A stretch of DNA of 64,000 bases from a virus, in IMG/VR virus record IMGVR_UViG_3300029875_000005, positions 11,208 through 75,207 of that record. One strand, 5' to 3'. Both the position numbers and the translations under genes were made by a program. This document shows, piece by piece, positions 63,101-64,000 of this stretch (position 1 is its first letter; each line of letters opens with the position of its first letter). The notes below the pieces were generated by a model. It searched no databases, was not told where the DNA came from, and worked only from the letters and a program-made list of their open reading frames with translations.

Positions 63101-64000
63101 AAAATGGATTGATACAAGAAGAGTTGACCCCACTTGCCCAATATATTAATGCGAACGCTAGAGTGCAGGGTATGCAGCAGGCTACTGCTGATGCCATCGA
63201 GGAAAACGTGAAGAGCTTTATTTCTGATTGGAGCTATCACGGAACATTGAACGGTCAGCCGATGAATGGCGAGCAGGCTTTGTATGTGCAAGACAGCAAC
63301 GGAAGAACCCTTCTTGTTGGTTCGGGTGATGTTGCCTTCGACCAGACTACAGGTAGAGCCAAGGAAGGCAGCGGTGATATGCTTGTCTGTCTGGACCCTA
63401 ATACCAAGGAATTGGTTTATGTAAAGGCAGATGAGGTTACTCTGGTTCAAAACCAGCCTATCGACCAGTTTGCTGCAGAATATCGTCAGAGATTGCAGAT
63501 GAAGAACTCTGAGCCTTACAATCAGGCGGCACAGGAGCAGGCGATGCAGGATGCAGCCAAGGCGCAGCAGGAAGTTCAACCTAAAGAAAATAAAAATGAA
63601 GAGATTAGTAACAATGAAACAGATGGAAAAATTCGAAAAGGCGACAATGCCAATAGTGGAAGTGATGGAGAAGCAGAGGAAAATGCTAGCGAAGGCGATG
63701 CCTCAGTTCAACAAGTAGAGCAGCCTCAGCAAACCCGTAAGTTTGCCGATGGTTCAGACGTTCCTATGGCTACGGACAGCAAGGGAAGACCTACGCCTGA
63801 CTATGAGAAAATGACTCCAGAGCAGAGTGCGGAGATTCTTACTGAGGATTTCGGGGAGAATGCCGAGAAGGTGGTGGACGGACAGATTAAGAAAGCTGAG
63901 AATGCTTTGAAGGATGCCGAGAAGATGAAGGTGGACTATACCGCCGAGCCTAACGACATCATGGAGCAGGAGGCTTTGAAGACTAAGACCGTTGAGGCTG
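60124..64000 (+). CDS. N-terminal >1290 aa of a giant virion protein; 3' end outside window
   Basis: ATG at 60124. I read frame 1 by eye over 60124-62160 and 62041-64000 and found no stop. It is absent from the ORF track presumably because it never closes. It contains a Gly/Ala-rich hydrophobic block at about 61380-61960. Confidence 0.7.
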   Translation, partial: MAGDKFDQLYNALKADGAVSGTREHFRQFVYAPGKQGYHNRKQLYDALHADGAVSSSSYEEFAQRLGLHAVNPKPQQQKPVQPVKKLTMKQRAQEVAAQYRKPRPQKAQQPRTATTSGTDYMQNWRLMHMRNDQMTPLQQAQASNARARMQRAQEQSARQEQQRATPISRSRITPTAKNFNETMQQLSTPEAKQARAKQQREDDARAFAQYEVEANKFVRNDGQSKGILGNDLLELVDSSMNEAQELTRQQYQQNLDKMGGIYAPQSVKEQAFRDAQTQEQVNRQNVLMNNLSSKINEIYSQKGMQRHIAESADKLNMSVEEYVDKYVTPEIMNYAQKALTMRNQEEIMPHGALDYIVKNLSNSIIGMVVAPSVMSRDTRQRLQEGIAIADGDAEIQKVAGHKDETYRSGIGTRFASTAVNMAADSGPLAVIGAGASAAVNTGTRVLTNGLVKAGVMKAAQKLTAQQMAFKVANMTTAQKIMSGLGTRTATGALNLAGYSGVTAALNQASTGDDTSLQAIGEAGLKGAEHGAVTGAMFGISGAIMSPWVSKFGITGMEKSTGERLLHGAQKFGATAAGLGVEAGTMMVADNVTGDKDISFGTWLEDVVMVGAFKAGEPSNFVKMGNILHHLTHNSGGNFVIGKNANGSPIAVDIRLTPDEKNELISSASGKNLMDAFVKVDRASKTAPRDPKYKTAYTDFMSDPDVSQSTKEKVNAAMGLFNTTRGKSYRSVNDVKNKQILEYTKNGTLLTRTSYKNADERRAILYKQKLYRDNDDMMSLMGYARMKDMQFIDDDGTVTNLAFRFLKENGYDENKDITDPNNARLINDLRNQKSALYLDWTKYADKNGLLGYLRSESKGYTNNFMASIKELLGKEGSIVIDIDKIMRKDPMKRTDEENRIFYHVKRALEDELFPSWRPHADQSASQGKTVAEEHSLGTDNPDSGVVVDELRNLRNAEQALDAAMDSNDVFKQTFEQLHQQGLTPAQIYDALIQNGLIQEELTPLAQYINANARVQGMQQATADAIEENVKSFISDWSYHGTLNGQPMNGEQALYVQDSNGRTLLVGSGDVAFDQTTGRAKEGSGDMLVCLDPNTKELVYVKADEVTLVQNQPIDQFAAEYRQRLQMKNSEPYNQAAQEQAMQDAAKAQQEVQPKENKNEEISNNETDGKIRKGDNANSGSDGEAEENASEGDASVQQVEQPQQTRKFADGSDVPMATDSKGRPTPDYEKMTPEQSAEILTEDFGENAEKVVDGQIKKAENALKDAEKMKVDYTAEPNDIMEQEALKTKTVEA

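Noticed and set aside
1-64000. CRISPR arrays, rRNA genes, diversity-generating retroelement (RT plus template repeat for the tail fibre), toxin-antitoxin pairs
   Set aside because: I looked for regularly spaced repeats, RT motifs (YxDD) and a duplicated copy of the fibre C-terminus and found none. The repeats present are few and irregular and are listed separately.
1-64000. Treating the two edge-truncated giant ORFs (60124..>64000 and <1..2349) as one gene on a circular ~64-kb genome, and labelling the phage crAss-like
   Set aside because: Nothing in the window shows the ends are contiguous. Taxonomy cannot be set without a TerL, portal or MCP phylogeny. Both are kept as open hypotheses only.

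Overview
The whole 64-kb window reads as the genome, or prophage interior, of one temperate tailed dsDNA phage of a Bacteroidota host. The host call is inference: many TAnnTTTG -7 boxes (the Bacteroides primary-sigma consensus), no Shine-Dalgarno usage, Bacteroidetes-type lipoprotein signals and integrase. I ran no homology search, so all functions come from motifs I recognise in the translations.

Layout:
- 1-24.2 kb, morphogenesis: 3' end of a giant virion protein, a moron lipoprotein, a 6-gene operon of unknown function, tail fibres, candidate MCP and scaffold, portal, TerL, and a 921-aa structural protein.
- 24.3-27.9 kb: a rhomboid-family protease operon and a lysis cassette (holin, amidase, unimolecular-spanin candidate).
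- 28-41.4 kb, minus strand, early/replication-recombination genes: methyltransferase, RecT, a split MBL-fold hydrolase, NinB-like, NinG, SbcC/Rad50-like ATPase, dUTPase.
- 41.5-42.2 kb: an ORF-free, structure-rich region with two tRNA-like modules.
- 42.2-44.5 kb, lysogeny module: Cro-like and cI-like HTH genes, tyrosine integrase, repeat-rich att-like DNA.
- 44.5-48.1 kb: a short terminated RNA or leader followed by an accessory island (DUF559, lipoprotein, ASCH, HNH).
- 48.1-54.4 kb: about 20 small minus-strand genes.
- 54.4-55.3 kb: a second divergent HTH switch, flanked by two copies of a GC-rich multi-hairpin element.
- 55.3-56.2 kb: a roughly 790-bp non-coding ori-like region that carries a 92-bp MITE.
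- 56.3-64 kb: a late operon of internal or giant proteins that runs off the window.

Most interesting observations:
1. The MBL gene is interrupted inside its HxHxDH motif by 8 nt, with identical GGC codons flanking a UGA. This is either translational bypass or a fresh pseudogene.
2. The 730-nt region at 41.5-42.2 kb is a candidate large structured RNA.
3. A phage-specific promoter, GTTGGA(A/G)CACGGCAAA-N18-TAnnTTTG, occurs four times, each in front of a late operon.
4. A minimal rhomboid protease sits next to the lysis genes.
5. The MITE has an 8-bp target duplication and an uninterrupted copy of its target site for comparison.
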